Part shown: positions 37,260 to 49,050 of the stretch, piece by piece
Position numbering within the stretch: the first letter of the stretch is position 1
Layout of the letters: each line of letters opens with the position of its first letter
Assembly: GCA_036376395.1 (NCBI GenBank)
Contig: DASVAK010000057.1
Location: 1-49,050 of the forward strand
Source: Candidatus Krumholzibacteriia bacterium
Lineage (GTDB): Bacteria > Krumholzibacteriota > Krumholzibacteriia > WVZY01 > JAKEHA01
Direction of reading: 5' to 3'
DNA: 49,050 nucleotides
Position numbers and translations under genes: made by a program
Notes under the pieces: generated by a model
The model's database searches: none
The model's input: the letters and a program-made list of their open reading frames with translations, nothing else
What the model was told of the DNA's origin: nothing

Positions 37260-37880
37260 ATGAACCCGTCACAACCCAACCACGAAGGCGTCCCCGGGCC
37301 CACCACGCTGCGGCGCGAATTGCAGCGCAAGTCGTTCCACGTGGGGATGATCATCGTGCCGGTGTGGGTCTACCTGATGCCCCACGCCACGGCCCTGCTT
37401 GGCCTCATACTTGCTACTTTCGCCACCGTCGCGGTCGACCTCCTGCGTCTTAGCGACCACCGGCTGCGCCGGTTCTTCCTGCGGTTGTTTCGTTCGTTGA
37501 TCCGTCCGCACGAAGAAGAGCACCTGCTCGGCTCGACGCACTACATGATCGCGGCGCTTCTGAGCGTGGTCATTTTCGACCACGATATCGCCATCGCGGC
37601 GCTCGCGTTTCTCGTACTCGGCGACGCGGCGGCGGCGATCATCGGAAAGCGGTTCGGCAGGCCGATGTTCTGGGGCAAGAGCCCGCAGGGAAGCCTGGCT
37701 TGCTTCGTGGTGTGCTTGCTCGTCGGCTGGCCGCTGCTCGCCTCGCCCGGTCTGGCGCTGGTGGGCGCGCTGACGGCGACGGTCGCCGAAGCGATGCCGT
37801 CGCCGCTCGACGACAACATGCGGGTGCCGATTTTCGGCGGAATTGCGATGCAGCTGGCGTCCCGATTTCTGCAGGGGTAG
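37260..37880 (+). CDS. diacylglycerol/polyprenol kinase (CdsA/phytol-kinase-like) family membrane protein
   Basis: ELQRKSFHV N-terminal motif, GDAAAAIIGKRFG motif, and 5-6 TM helices. ATG 37260 lies within the longer 36924 ORF. Confidence 0.8.
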   Translation: MNPSQPNHEGVPGPTTLRRELQRKSFHVGMIIVPVWVYLMPHATALLGLILATFATVAVDLLRLSDHRLRRFFLRLFRSLIRPHEEEHLLGSTHYMIAALLSVVIFDHDIAIAALAFLVLGDAAAAIIGKRFGRPMFWGKSPQGSLACFVVCLLVGWPLLASPGLALVGALTATVAEAMPSPLDDNMRVPIFGGIAMQLASRFLQG

Positions 37881-37885
37881 ACGAC

Positions 37886-38830
37886 ATGTTCCTCAAACGG
37901 CTGTTCACGTTCATCCCGAAGAGCGAATTTTCGCGCGCGCTCAACCTGTTCAACTCGGGCGAGTACCAGCGCGCGCTGGCGAGGTTCGAGGATATCCAGT
38001 CGCGCGCCGGCGGCGCCGACGACGTCGACCGGGCCACACTCGACCTGTACACGTGCGAGGCGCACGTCGCGCTCGCGCAGCAGTGCTCCACGCAGCACGA
38101 CACCGAGGGCGCCATCCGCGAGATGGAAGCCGCCGTGCGCATCAAGCCCATGTTCGCCGACCTGCACTACAAGCTGGGCGTTCTGTATGCCGGGGAGCGG
38201 CGGCTCGAGGACGCCGCGCGCTGCTTCCGCAACTCGCTCGACATCAACAACAAGTTCTTCCGTTCGCGCGTGTACGTATCCATGATCTCGCACCAGCTCG
38301 GCGACCGCGAGACGGCGGTGCGCGAGGCCCTGGATGCGAAACACAGCTGTCCGAACTTCTACCGCGAGAATCTCGACGCGCTGGTGCTCGCGCTGCGCGC
38401 GGGCGGCGAAGAGGAGATCGCGCGGCTGTACTCGGAGCTCATCGAGGAGCGCCCGAGCTCGGCGCAGATCAGCAAGGAGCTGGCGGTGGAGGCCATCCAG
38501 GAGGGCAACACCGACGAGGCCATCCGCGAGCTCAAGAAAGCCATCGCGCTCAAGCCCGACTATCCCGACCTGCACAACTTCCTCGGCATTGCCTACGGCA
38601 ACAACGGCATGGTGGACGACGCGGTGCACGAGTTCGAGGTCGCGCTCAAGATCAATCCCTACTACATGAAGGCACGCCTGAATCTCGCGCTGCTCTACTA
38701 CGAGAACACGCGCTACGCGGAGGCGCAGGCGCAGCTGGACCAGGTGCTGAAAGTCCAGCCCGACAACCAGCTCGCCAACAATCTTCTCCAGGAGCTGCGG
38801 CTCGTCGCGGGAGCGAATCCCGCGGAGTAA
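37886..38830 (+). CDS. TPR-repeat protein
   Basis: Repeated 34-aa TPR units, e.g. AIRELKKAIALKPDYPDLHNFLGIAYGNNGMVDDAVHEFEVALKINPYYMKARLNLALLYY. It starts 6 nt after the previous stop. Confidence 0.85.
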   Translation: MFLKRLFTFIPKSEFSRALNLFNSGEYQRALARFEDIQSRAGGADDVDRATLDLYTCEAHVALAQQCSTQHDTEGAIREMEAAVRIKPMFADLHYKLGVLYAGERRLEDAARCFRNSLDINNKFFRSRVYVSMISHQLGDRETAVREALDAKHSCPNFYRENLDALVLALRAGGEEEIARLYSELIEERPSSAQISKELAVEAIQEGNTDEAIRELKKAIALKPDYPDLHNFLGIAYGNNGMVDDAVHEFEVALKINPYYMKARLNLALLYYENTRYAEAQAQLDQVLKVQPDNQLANNLLQELRLVAGANPAE

Positions 38831-38846
38831 TGCGCGGAGGCGGGTC

Positions 38847-39614
38847 ATGGAGCAGAACACGAAGTTCATCGACTACTACGAGGTCCTGAACGTCTGGCCG
38901 ACGGCGGACTCGGACGCGATCAAGAAGGCCTACTTCAAGCTCGCGAAGCTCCATCACCCCGATGTGGCCGGCGAATCGACGGGCAAGGGCGGCGTCGACT
39001 TCAAGCTCATCAACGAGGCGTTCGCGGTGCTGAGCGATCCCATCCAGCGGCGCGAGTTCGACGAGCGGCTCAAGAAGAAGAGCAGCAGCGGGTCGATCGC
39101 GGAACGCCGCGAGGCGGACAAGCGCTCCGCGCACCTCTCCTACGAACAGGCGCGCGCCGCGATGCGGCAGAACCGCTACGACAAGGCGGTCGTGCTGCTC
39201 AAGGCGGCCATCAAGTACGACGATTCGAACCCCGCGTACCACAGCTGGTACGGGTTCGCACTTGGCGTGTTGAAGACCCAGCTCCACGAGGCGCGCGACG
39301 CGTGCAAGAAGGCCCTCGAAATGGAGTTCTACAACGCCGACTACCACTCCAACCTCGGCTTCGTCTACATGCAGGCCGGTCTCACCAAGACGGCGATGGA
39401 GTCGTTCGAGGAAGCGCTCAAGTGGGACCCCGACCACCCCGTGGCCGGGCGCTACCTCAAGGCCGCGAAGAACCCGAAGGCAGCCGGGGCTGAAGGCGAG
39501 AAGCCGAAGAGCGGCGGTTTCCTGGGTCTGTTCCGCAAACCCAAAGTGGAAGAGAAGCCGGTGGCCAAGGCGCCGCCGACCATCCGGCGCTCCGGCACGG
39601 GCCGTCGCTCCTAG
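38847..39614 (+). CDS. J-domain (DnaJ-like) plus TPR protein
   Basis: DYYEVLNV..AIKKAYFKLAKLHHPDV..INEAFAVLSDPIQRREFD carries the HPD motif. TPR-like C-terminal half and a Lys-rich tail. Confidence 0.9.
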   Translation: MEQNTKFIDYYEVLNVWPTADSDAIKKAYFKLAKLHHPDVAGESTGKGGVDFKLINEAFAVLSDPIQRREFDERLKKKSSSGSIAERREADKRSAHLSYEQARAAMRQNRYDKAVVLLKAAIKYDDSNPAYHSWYGFALGVLKTQLHEARDACKKALEMEFYNADYHSNLGFVYMQAGLTKTAMESFEEALKWDPDHPVAGRYLKAAKNPKAAGAEGEKPKSGGFLGLFRKPKVEEKPVAKAPPTIRRSGTGRRS

Positions 39615-39630
39615 TCGCCCGACAAAAAAA

Positions 39631-39660
39631 TTGACACTCTGAAACCGCCCCGCCTAGTCT
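39631..39660 (+). promoter_or_regulatory. candidate sigma70 promoter close to the PQQ-propeller gene start
   Basis: An A7 tract, then TTGACA (39631..39636), 18 nt, TAGTCT (39655..39660). ATG 39670 lies 9 nt further on, with no SD. Confidence 0.45.
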
Positions 39661-39669
39661 CGGCCCGCC

Positions 39670-41592
39670 ATGAGCCGGGACATCGCATTCATTCCCGTCG
39701 CCGACGACAGGGAGCACGCCGATCTCGTGTACCGCGATCCGTCGCGTGCCCGCGGTCTTTTCGTGTTGATGCAGGACGCGTCGACCCGGGCCACACCGTC
39801 CCGGCGCCGCTTCCTGCTGGCGTGCTTCCGCGACACTGTCGCCGCCTGGTCGGCCACCGACCGCCTCACCGGCGCGGCCGGCTTCCTCCGCGAGCGCGTG
39901 GTCGCCTTCGATGGCCTCGCGCGCGCCGTCGACACCCGTCTCGATGACTTCGAGGAGCTCGGCGTCTTCGTTGCGGTGCGCGAGGGCGCCGCGCTGTACG
40001 TCCTGTGCGGGCGCGGCGCAGCCGCGCGGGTGCGATCCCGTGGCGGCTTCCTGCCGCTCTCGAGCCCCGATGCCGACGGCGTCGCCGGGCTCTCCATCGA
40101 GACGGCGCGCTCGCAGCACGATCTCTTCGCGCCGTCACTGCCGCAGACGCTGGCGCTCTACCGGGTGACGGTGGCGTCGGACGAGCACGGCGAGCGCGAG
40201 GTGCTGCTGGGCGGCGCCGCCCAGGACATCGGCATCGCGGCCGACCTGGCCTCGGGGTCGATTCCCTCCGGTGCGCGCGAGGTGCGCGTGGACCGTGTCC
40301 GCCATTGCGTGCTCATGCTCACGGTCGAGGCGGCAGCGCTCGATCGCGTCGGTGCGTCGGCCTCCACCATGGCCGCGCGTCCGGCATTCGTGCGACCGGG
40401 CCGCCGGGCGGCGATGTGGGGCGCAACGTCGCTGGTGGTGGTCGCGGTGGCGATCGCGGGCGTGGGTGCGTGGCGTTCCGCGCAGAACAGGAGCGCCGAG
40501 CATGCTGTAACGGCGGTGCTCAAGGAGTCACCCGTGCCGCCGCCGGCGCAGAAGCGCGTCATGGAGGACATCCAGGCGGAGCAGCAGCGCACGGCAGAGG
40601 CCGATTCGGAGGCGAAGGCGCCCGAGTTTGCCGTGGCGTGGCAGCAGTCGTACCGCGCCGCGGTGACGTCGTCGCCCGCGGTCGCGGGCGACGCGGTTAT
40701 TTTCGGCGGTCGCGACGGACGCGTGTATTCGATCGAGCGCGCGAGCGGCGAGACGCAGTGGTCGTACGCCGCGCAGGGCGGCGTCGGCGCGTCTCCCGTG
40801 GTGCGCGGCGCCGCGGTGATCGCGGCCGATTACGCGGGCAACGTGGTCCGGCTGCGCGCGGGCGATGGCGGCGTGGTGTGGAAGCGCGCACTGGGGAGCA
40901 AGGTCGTGAGCACACCCGGCGTCAGCGACCAGCGCGTGCTGGTGGGCACGGTGCAGGGCAGGATCTACGCGCTCTCGCTCGAGACCGGACGCGTCCTGTG
41001 GAAGTGGTCGGCGCGCGGTCCGGTGCGCGGTGCGGTGGTCTACGCGAAGGGAATGTTCGTCGTGCCGTCGAACGACGGCCGCCTCTACGCGCTGGTGGAG
41101 GAAACGGGCGCGCGGCGCTGGGTGTATCCGACCGGCGGCGCGGTCACGTCGTCGCCTGCGACGGACGGCGACATCGTCGTGGTGGGAACCGCGCGGGGCG
41201 ACGTGGTGGCACTGGACCTGCAGAAAGGACGGCCGCGCTGGACATACCGTGCGGGCGGCGCCGTCAACTCGGCGCTCGCCATCGAGGACGGCCGCGTCTA
41301 CGCCGGCGCGGGCGATGGACGCCTCCATTGTATAGACGCGAAGAGCGGGGAGGCGGCGTGGAGCTTCGATACGGGCGGCGTCGTTCTGTCGCGCCCCTTC
41401 GTCGACGGCGGGCGCGTGTTCGTGACGTCGTACGATCGTTCGGTCTACTGCCTCGATGCGGCCGCCGGTTCTCTCATCGCCCGCTACCAGACCGACGAGG
41501 CCATCTTCTCGTCCCCGGTGATGGTGGACGGCCGCGTGTACTTCGGCAACAACGCGGGCCGTTTCTACTGCCTGAACGTCCCGCAGTCCTAG
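39670..41592 (+). CDS. membrane-anchored PQQ-like (BamB-type) beta-propeller protein with cytoplasmic N-terminal domain
   Basis: About 230-aa N-domain and a TM helix (AAMWGATSLVVVAVAIAGVGAW). The C-terminal part has about 8 repeats of the ..G.VYA(L)D...G...W.. PQQ-propeller type. Confidence 0.85.
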   Translation: MSRDIAFIPVADDREHADLVYRDPSRARGLFVLMQDASTRATPSRRRFLLACFRDTVAAWSATDRLTGAAGFLRERVVAFDGLARAVDTRLDDFEELGVFVAVREGAALYVLCGRGAAARVRSRGGFLPLSSPDADGVAGLSIETARSQHDLFAPSLPQTLALYRVTVASDEHGEREVLLGGAAQDIGIAADLASGSIPSGAREVRVDRVRHCVLMLTVEAAALDRVGASASTMAARPAFVRPGRRAAMWGATSLVVVAVAIAGVGAWRSAQNRSAEHAVTAVLKESPVPPPAQKRVMEDIQAEQQRTAEADSEAKAPEFAVAWQQSYRAAVTSSPAVAGDAVIFGGRDGRVYSIERASGETQWSYAAQGGVGASPVVRGAAVIAADYAGNVVRLRAGDGGVVWKRALGSKVVSTPGVSDQRVLVGTVQGRIYALSLETGRVLWKWSARGPVRGAVVYAKGMFVVPSNDGRLYALVEETGARRWVYPTGGAVTSSPATDGDIVVVGTARGDVVALDLQKGRPRWTYRAGGAVNSALAIEDGRVYAGAGDGRLHCIDAKSGEAAWSFDTGGVVLSRPFVDGGRVFVTSYDRSVYCLDAAAGSLIARYQTDEAIFSSPVMVDGRVYFGNNAGRFYCLNVPQS

Positions 41593-41697
41593 CCGGTCGC
41601 TGATCCATCCGCCGGAACCTGATGCAGGACGGCGGCTTGCGCCGCTCGCCGGGGTTTGCTACCTTGCATAGGTTTTCCACGAAAGGCACGCCCGTTC

Positions 41698-44820
<3,123 letters not shown>

Positions 44821-44849
44821 CTGTCCCCGGTTGAGCCCGGGCCCTCCCC

Positions 44850-44880
44850 CTCGGGCAAATTGGCAGTTGCCCGGGTTTGA
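44850..44880 (+). terminator. possible terminator after secA
   Basis: CGGGCAA-ATTGGCAG-TTGCCCG stem followed by GGTTTGAAAA (poor U-tract). Confidence 0.35.
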
Positions 44881-44951
44881 AAACTCGGTATATGTTACAC
44901 CCCCGTTTTGGATGGGTATCGAGCCACCGGGAAGCGGGAGTAAGAACACCC

Positions 44952-45392
44952 ATGTGGACACGACTGATGGATCTGGTAGTGCTCGTGGCCGAGATGAGTC
45001 GGGCCGCCGACCGTCGCCACGTCGAGCTCGACAAGGAGCTGTCGAGCCGCGGGTATTCGTCCGACGAGATCGGCCAGGCGGTGTTCTGGCTCTCGTCGCG
45101 ACCGAGCGCCCGGGAGATGCACCGGCCGGGCGCGATTCGCGTGCTGAGCGAGTTCGAGCGGCTCAGCCTGTCGACAGAAGCCTACGGGTACCTCTACCGG
45201 CTCCTGCACCTGGGCCTGGTGGACGCGCGCCAGTTCGAGACCATCCTCGCGCGCGCCATCCCGATGGGCGCCGACAAGGTGGGGCTCGAGGACGTCAAGT
45301 CCATTGCATACGCGGTGATTTTCGAAAAGGAAGCGAGCGAGTTGGAGGACGATGTGTTCGGCGGATTTGACGCCGACTCGGCTCCGATTTAA
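44952..45392 (+). CDS. smg: Smg (DUF494) family protein
   Basis: ATG 44952 follows GGGAG. 146 aa with Smg-like blocks: IRVLSEFERLSLSTEAYGYLYRLLHLGLVD.., LEDVKSIAYAVIF. Its position next to topA fits the family. Confidence 0.7.
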   Translation: MWTRLMDLVVLVAEMSRAADRRHVELDKELSSRGYSSDEIGQAVFWLSSRPSAREMHRPGAIRVLSEFERLSLSTEAYGYLYRLLHLGLVDARQFETILARAIPMGADKVGLEDVKSIAYAVIFEKEASELEDDVFGGFDADSAPI

Positions 45393-45429
45393 TCATAGCG
45401 ATCCGGGACAGATTCCGACCCTTATTCCA

Positions 45430-45463
45430 CGCAAGACCTCCCGATCTTGCGATTTTGTTTTTT
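45430..45463 (+). terminator. rho-independent terminator after smg
   Basis: CGCAAGA-CCTCCCGA-TCTTGCG stem followed by ATTTTGTTTTTT. Confidence 0.7.
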
Positions 45464-45517
45464 GGGTAGACGAACGCGCGATACAGCACAGTCATTTCGT
45501 TGATACACAGGGAAACC

Positions 45518-47749
45518 ATGAGCAAAAGCGCACTTGTCATCGTTGAGTCGCCCGCCAAGGCGAACACCATCAAGAAGTTCCTCGGCAAGGGGTTCAAGGT
45601 GGTGGCGTCGGTGGGTCACGTGATGGATCTGCCCACCAACAAGCTGGGCGTGGACCTCGAGAACGGGTTTTCGCCCGAGTACGTCGTGTCGCGCGGCAAG
45701 AAGAAGATCCTCGACCAGATCAAGAAGGACGCGAAGATCGTCGACGAGGTGTACCTCGCGCTCGACCTTGACCGCGAAGGGGAAGCGATCGCGTGGCACA
45801 TCCGCGACTACATCGCGCCCGTGCAGAAGAACATCAAGCGCATCATCTTCAACGAGATCACGAAGGTCGCGATCCAGAGCGCCATCCAGCAGCCCACCGT
45901 CGTCGACATGAACAAGGTGGACGCGCAGCAGGCACGCCGAATTCTCGATCGCCTGGTGGGCTACAAGATCAGCCCCATCCTGTGGCAGATCTTCTACTAT
46001 GGACTGAGCGCGGGCCGCGTGCAGACCGTGGGCCTGCGCCTGGTGTGCGAGCGCGAGAGCGAGATCGAGGCGTTCGTACCGGTCGAATACTGGACCGTCG
46101 AGGGCATCCTGCTCACGCCCTCGGGCGCCGAGCTCCCGGTGAAGCTCTTCGAGAAGAAGGGCGAGAAGGTCGAGCTCACGACCGAGAAGGAAACCAGCGC
46201 GGTGCTCGCCGATCTGCGCAAGGGCGAGTACCGGGTCACATCGGTCGAGCGCAAGGAGCGCCGGCGCAATCCGCAGCCGCCCTACATCACCAGCAGCATG
46301 CAGCGTGACGCCGGCCGCCGTCTCCGTTTCTCGGCGAAGAAGATCATGATGCTCGCCCAGCAGCTCTACGAGGGCGTCGACATCGGTGCGGACGACCGCG
46401 TCGGTCTCATCACCTACATGCGTACCGACTCCGTGCGCGTGTCCGAGCAGGCGCAGGACACGGCGCGCGAATTCATCACCAAACAGTACGGCGAGGACTA
46501 CGCGCCGCCGAAACCGCGCGATTACAAGAAGAGCGCCAAGGCGCAGGATGCGCACGAGGCGATCCGCCCGTCGGATGTCGCGCTCACTCCCGAGTCGCTG
46601 AAGGGCGTCCTGTCGAAAGACCTGCACGCGCTCTACGACCTCATCTGGCGCCGCTTCGTGGCGTCGCAGATGGAGAGCGCGCGCTACGACACCACCGAGG
46701 TCCTGGTCCAGTCGGGCGACTACACGCTCAAGGCCAACGGCCGCGTCATGACGTTCCCGGGCTTCCTCGGCGTGTACGAGGAGCAGATCGAGGAGGGCGC
46801 CGAGCTTCCCGCGGTCAACGAGAACGACGCGCTCAAGCTCAAGAACATCGACGGGACCCAGCACTTCACCGAGCCGCCGCCGCGCTACACCGAGGCCACG
46901 CTCATCAAGGACCTCGAGGACAAGGGCATCGGCCGGCCGAGCACGTACGCCAACATCGTCTCCATCATCCAGGAGCGCGAGTACGTGGACAAGCAGGAGG
47001 GCCGCCTCCTGCCGACCACGCTCGGCCGCCAGGTGTGGAAGACGCTCGAGCGTTTCTTCCCGGAAGTGTTCGACACGTCGTTCACCGCCCAGATGGAGCA
47101 GGAGCTCGACAAGGTCGAGGGCGGCGATTTCAAGTGGCAGGCCGTGGTGAAGGATTTCTACGGTCCGTTCAAGGAATCGCTCGACCACATCGACGAGAAG
47201 AAGACCGGGCTGAAGAACGAGCTCCAGGAAGAAACCGATATCAAGTGCGACAAGTGCGGCCGCAACCTCATCAAGAAATGGGGACGCAACGGCCAGTTCC
47301 TTGCCTGCCCGGCGTACCCGGAGTGCAAGTTCTCGCGGCCCATCACGGAGCAGTCGCAGAACCTGCACGTCGAGGGCAACTGCCCCAAGTGCGGTTCGCA
47401 GCTGATCGCGAAGAGCGGGCGCTACGGCCGGTTCGCGGCGTGCGCGAACTACCCGGAATGCAAGTATACCGAGGCGTTCCCGATCGGCATGGCGTGCCCG
47501 CGCCCGGGCTGCAACGGCAAGATCGTCGAGAAGGTCACCAAGCGTATGAAGGTCTTCTACGGCTGCAGCAACTACAAGCCCGTGGTGGAGGGTCAGCCGC
47601 AGCAGGGATGCGACTGGGCCAGCTGGGACAAGCCCACGCCCATCGAGTGCCCGTCGTGCGGCAACCCGTACCTGGTGCACAAGACGTCGAAGACCAAGGG
47701 TGACTACCTCAAGTGCCCGAAGTGCAAGGAAGAGTCGACGGCCGAGTAG
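45518..47749 (+). CDS. topA: DNA topoisomerase I
   Basis: Toprim LVIVESPAKA..DLDREGE, catalytic-Tyr region GLITYMRTDS, and four C-terminal C4 zinc ribbons (CDKCG..CPAYPEC, CPKCG..CANYPEC, CPRPGC..CSNY, CPSCG..CPKC). Confidence 0.97.
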   Translation: MSKSALVIVESPAKANTIKKFLGKGFKVVASVGHVMDLPTNKLGVDLENGFSPEYVVSRGKKKILDQIKKDAKIVDEVYLALDLDREGEAIAWHIRDYIAPVQKNIKRIIFNEITKVAIQSAIQQPTVVDMNKVDAQQARRILDRLVGYKISPILWQIFYYGLSAGRVQTVGLRLVCERESEIEAFVPVEYWTVEGILLTPSGAELPVKLFEKKGEKVELTTEKETSAVLADLRKGEYRVTSVERKERRRNPQPPYITSSMQRDAGRRLRFSAKKIMMLAQQLYEGVDIGADDRVGLITYMRTDSVRVSEQAQDTAREFITKQYGEDYAPPKPRDYKKSAKAQDAHEAIRPSDVALTPESLKGVLSKDLHALYDLIWRRFVASQMESARYDTTEVLVQSGDYTLKANGRVMTFPGFLGVYEEQIEEGAELPAVNENDALKLKNIDGTQHFTEPPPRYTEATLIKDLEDKGIGRPSTYANIVSIIQEREYVDKQEGRLLPTTLGRQVWKTLERFFPEVFDTSFTAQMEQELDKVEGGDFKWQAVVKDFYGPFKESLDHIDEKKTGLKNELQEETDIKCDKCGRNLIKKWGRNGQFLACPAYPECKFSRPITEQSQNLHVEGNCPKCGSQLIAKSGRYGRFAACANYPECKYTEAFPIGMACPRPGCNGKIVEKVTKRMKVFYGCSNYKPVVEGQPQQGCDWASWDKPTPIECPSCGNPYLVHKTSKTKGDYLKCPKCKEESTAE

Positions 47750-47794
47750 GCGCCTGCGCCCCCGCGCCGGCGCATGCGCACGCCTGATCATCCC

Positions 47795-49050
47795 ATGAGC
47801 GAAATCACCATCGTGGGCGGCGGGCTCGCGGGTTCCGAAGCGGCGTGGCAGCTCGCCGACCGGGGCTTCGACGTCCGGCTGATCGAGATGCGCCCGGAGA
47901 CGCCCACCGGCGCGCACAAGACGCAGGACCTCGCCGAGATCGTCTGCTCGAACTCCTTCAAATCGACACTGCTCGATACCGCTTCCGGCGTGCTCAAGGC
48001 CGAGATGGACGTGCTCGGCTGCCGCCTGCTGGAGGTGGCGCGCGCGTCGGCGGTGCCCGCCGGGCACGCGCTCGGAATCGACCGCGGGCTGTTCTCGGGC
48101 GGCGTCACCGCGGCCATCGAGCGGCACCCGCGCATCACCGTCGAGCGGCGCCGCGTCGATTCGCTCGACGTGCCCGCGCCGGTGGTCTTCGCCACCGGAC
48201 CGCTCACCGGCGAATCGCTCTCGCTCGCGATGCAGGAACACTGCTCGCGCGATCACCTCTACTTCTACGACGCCATCGCGCCCAGCGTGGACGGCGACAC
48301 CATCGATCCCGGCGCGGGGTACTGGCTGAGTCGCTACGGCAAGGGCGACGCCGACTACCTGAACATTCCCTTCGACCGCGAACAGTACCGCGCCTTGATC
48401 GAATTCATCCGCGGCGCCGAGTACGTGGGTGCGCACGAGTTCGAGGAGGAGAAGTACTTCGAGGCCTGCCTTCCGATCGAGGTGCTGGTCCGCCGCGGCG
48501 AGGACACGCTGCGCTTCGGCCCGATGAAGCCCAAAGGACTTCCGGACCCGCGCACGGGGCGCGAACCGTATGCGGCGCTGCAGCTGCGCAAGGAGAGCCG
48601 CGAGGGAAGCCTGATGGGGCTGGTCGGGTTCCAGACGCGCATGACGTGGGCGTGCCAGAAGGAATTCCTGCACATGCTGCCGGGTTTTTCGGATGTGAGC
48701 GTGCTGCGCTTCGGCACCATCCATCGCAACATCTTCCTGCACATCCCGACCCTGTGCCGGCCGTATCTCGCCGACGTGAAGCGCGAGGGGCAGTACTACG
48801 CCGGACAGATCTGCGGGGTCGAGGGCTACGTCGAGTCGATCGCGAGCGCCATCATCGTCGCGCTCTCGATCACCGCGCGCCTGCGCGGGCGCGAGATGCC
48901 GGAGCTTCCGCGCGAGACCATGCTGGGCGCACTGATGAACTACGTGCACACGCCCAACGACAACTTCCAGCCCATGAACGCGAACTTCGGCATCCTGCCC
49001 GCACCGAAGGTGCGCTCGAAACGCGAGCGCCACGCCGCCATGGGCGAAGC
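47795..49050 (+). CDS. trmFO: methylenetetrahydrofolate--tRNA-(uracil-5-)-methyltransferase TrmFO (3' end outside the window)
   Basis: ATG 47795 stays open to the window edge, so it is absent from the ORF track. Motifs: ITIVGGGLAGSEAAWQLA, IVCSNSFKS, LRFGPMKPKGL, GQICGVEGYVES. Confidence 0.93.
   Translation, partial: MSEITIVGGGLAGSEAAWQLADRGFDVRLIEMRPETPTGAHKTQDLAEIVCSNSFKSTLLDTASGVLKAEMDVLGCRLLEVARASAVPAGHALGIDRGLFSGGVTAAIERHPRITVERRRVDSLDVPAPVVFATGPLTGESLSLAMQEHCSRDHLYFYDAIAPSVDGDTIDPGAGYWLSRYGKGDADYLNIPFDREQYRALIEFIRGAEYVGAHEFEEEKYFEACLPIEVLVRRGEDTLRFGPMKPKGLPDPRTGREPYAALQLRKESREGSLMGLVGFQTRMTWACQKEFLHMLPGFSDVSVLRFGTIHRNIFLHIPTLCRPYLADVKREGQYYAGQICGVEGYVESIASAIIVALSITARLRGREMPELPRETMLGALMNYVHTPNDNFQPMNANFGILPAPKVRSKRERHAAMGE

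Noticed and set aside
45422-49033. 1203-aa minus-strand ORF
   Set aside because: Antisense to topA and trmFO, both unambiguous. Same high-GC artefact.

Overview
High-GC (by eye roughly two-thirds G+C) bacterial chromosomal segment, densely coding, with about 43 protein genes and 2 tRNAs. I saw no rRNA, CRISPR array, transposase, integrase or prophage signature. The content is mostly housekeeping (mdh, purN-purC-purH-guaA, secA, smg-topA, trmFO, HU/IHF). This is interleaved with cell-envelope genes: NHL-propeller and cupredoxin lipoproteins, a TonB-family protein, a GWxTD protein, a PorV/PorQ-like barrel, MltD- and Slt70-like transglycosylases, ComEC and an NfeD-SPFH pair. There is also a dense signalling block with PilZ, GGDEF, two histidine kinases and two sigma54 activators. 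The PorV/PorQ-like, GWxTD and AURKAIP1/COX24-type genes hint at an FCB-group or Gemmatimonadota-like organism, but this is inference only. The parts most worth follow-up are non-coding. A near-consensus sigma54 promoter sits between the two halves of the signalling block. The same 14-mer recurs in a 566-nt gap, about 110 nt upstream of a T9 tract, which marks a candidate small RNA. A perfect 11-bp inverted repeat brackets the start codon of the second sigma54 activator. A 31-codon Arg/Lys-rich gene is absent from the ORF track. An HNH gene has a conserved N-terminus with no canonical start codon. Several genes carry promoter-like -10 boxes 5-12 nt from start codons that lack an SD (candidate leaderless mRNAs). 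The many very long ORFs antisense to real genes are high-GC artefacts. I found no clear novel multi-gene system such as a defence or secretion system; the sigma54 cascade plus sRNA candidate is the best lead.
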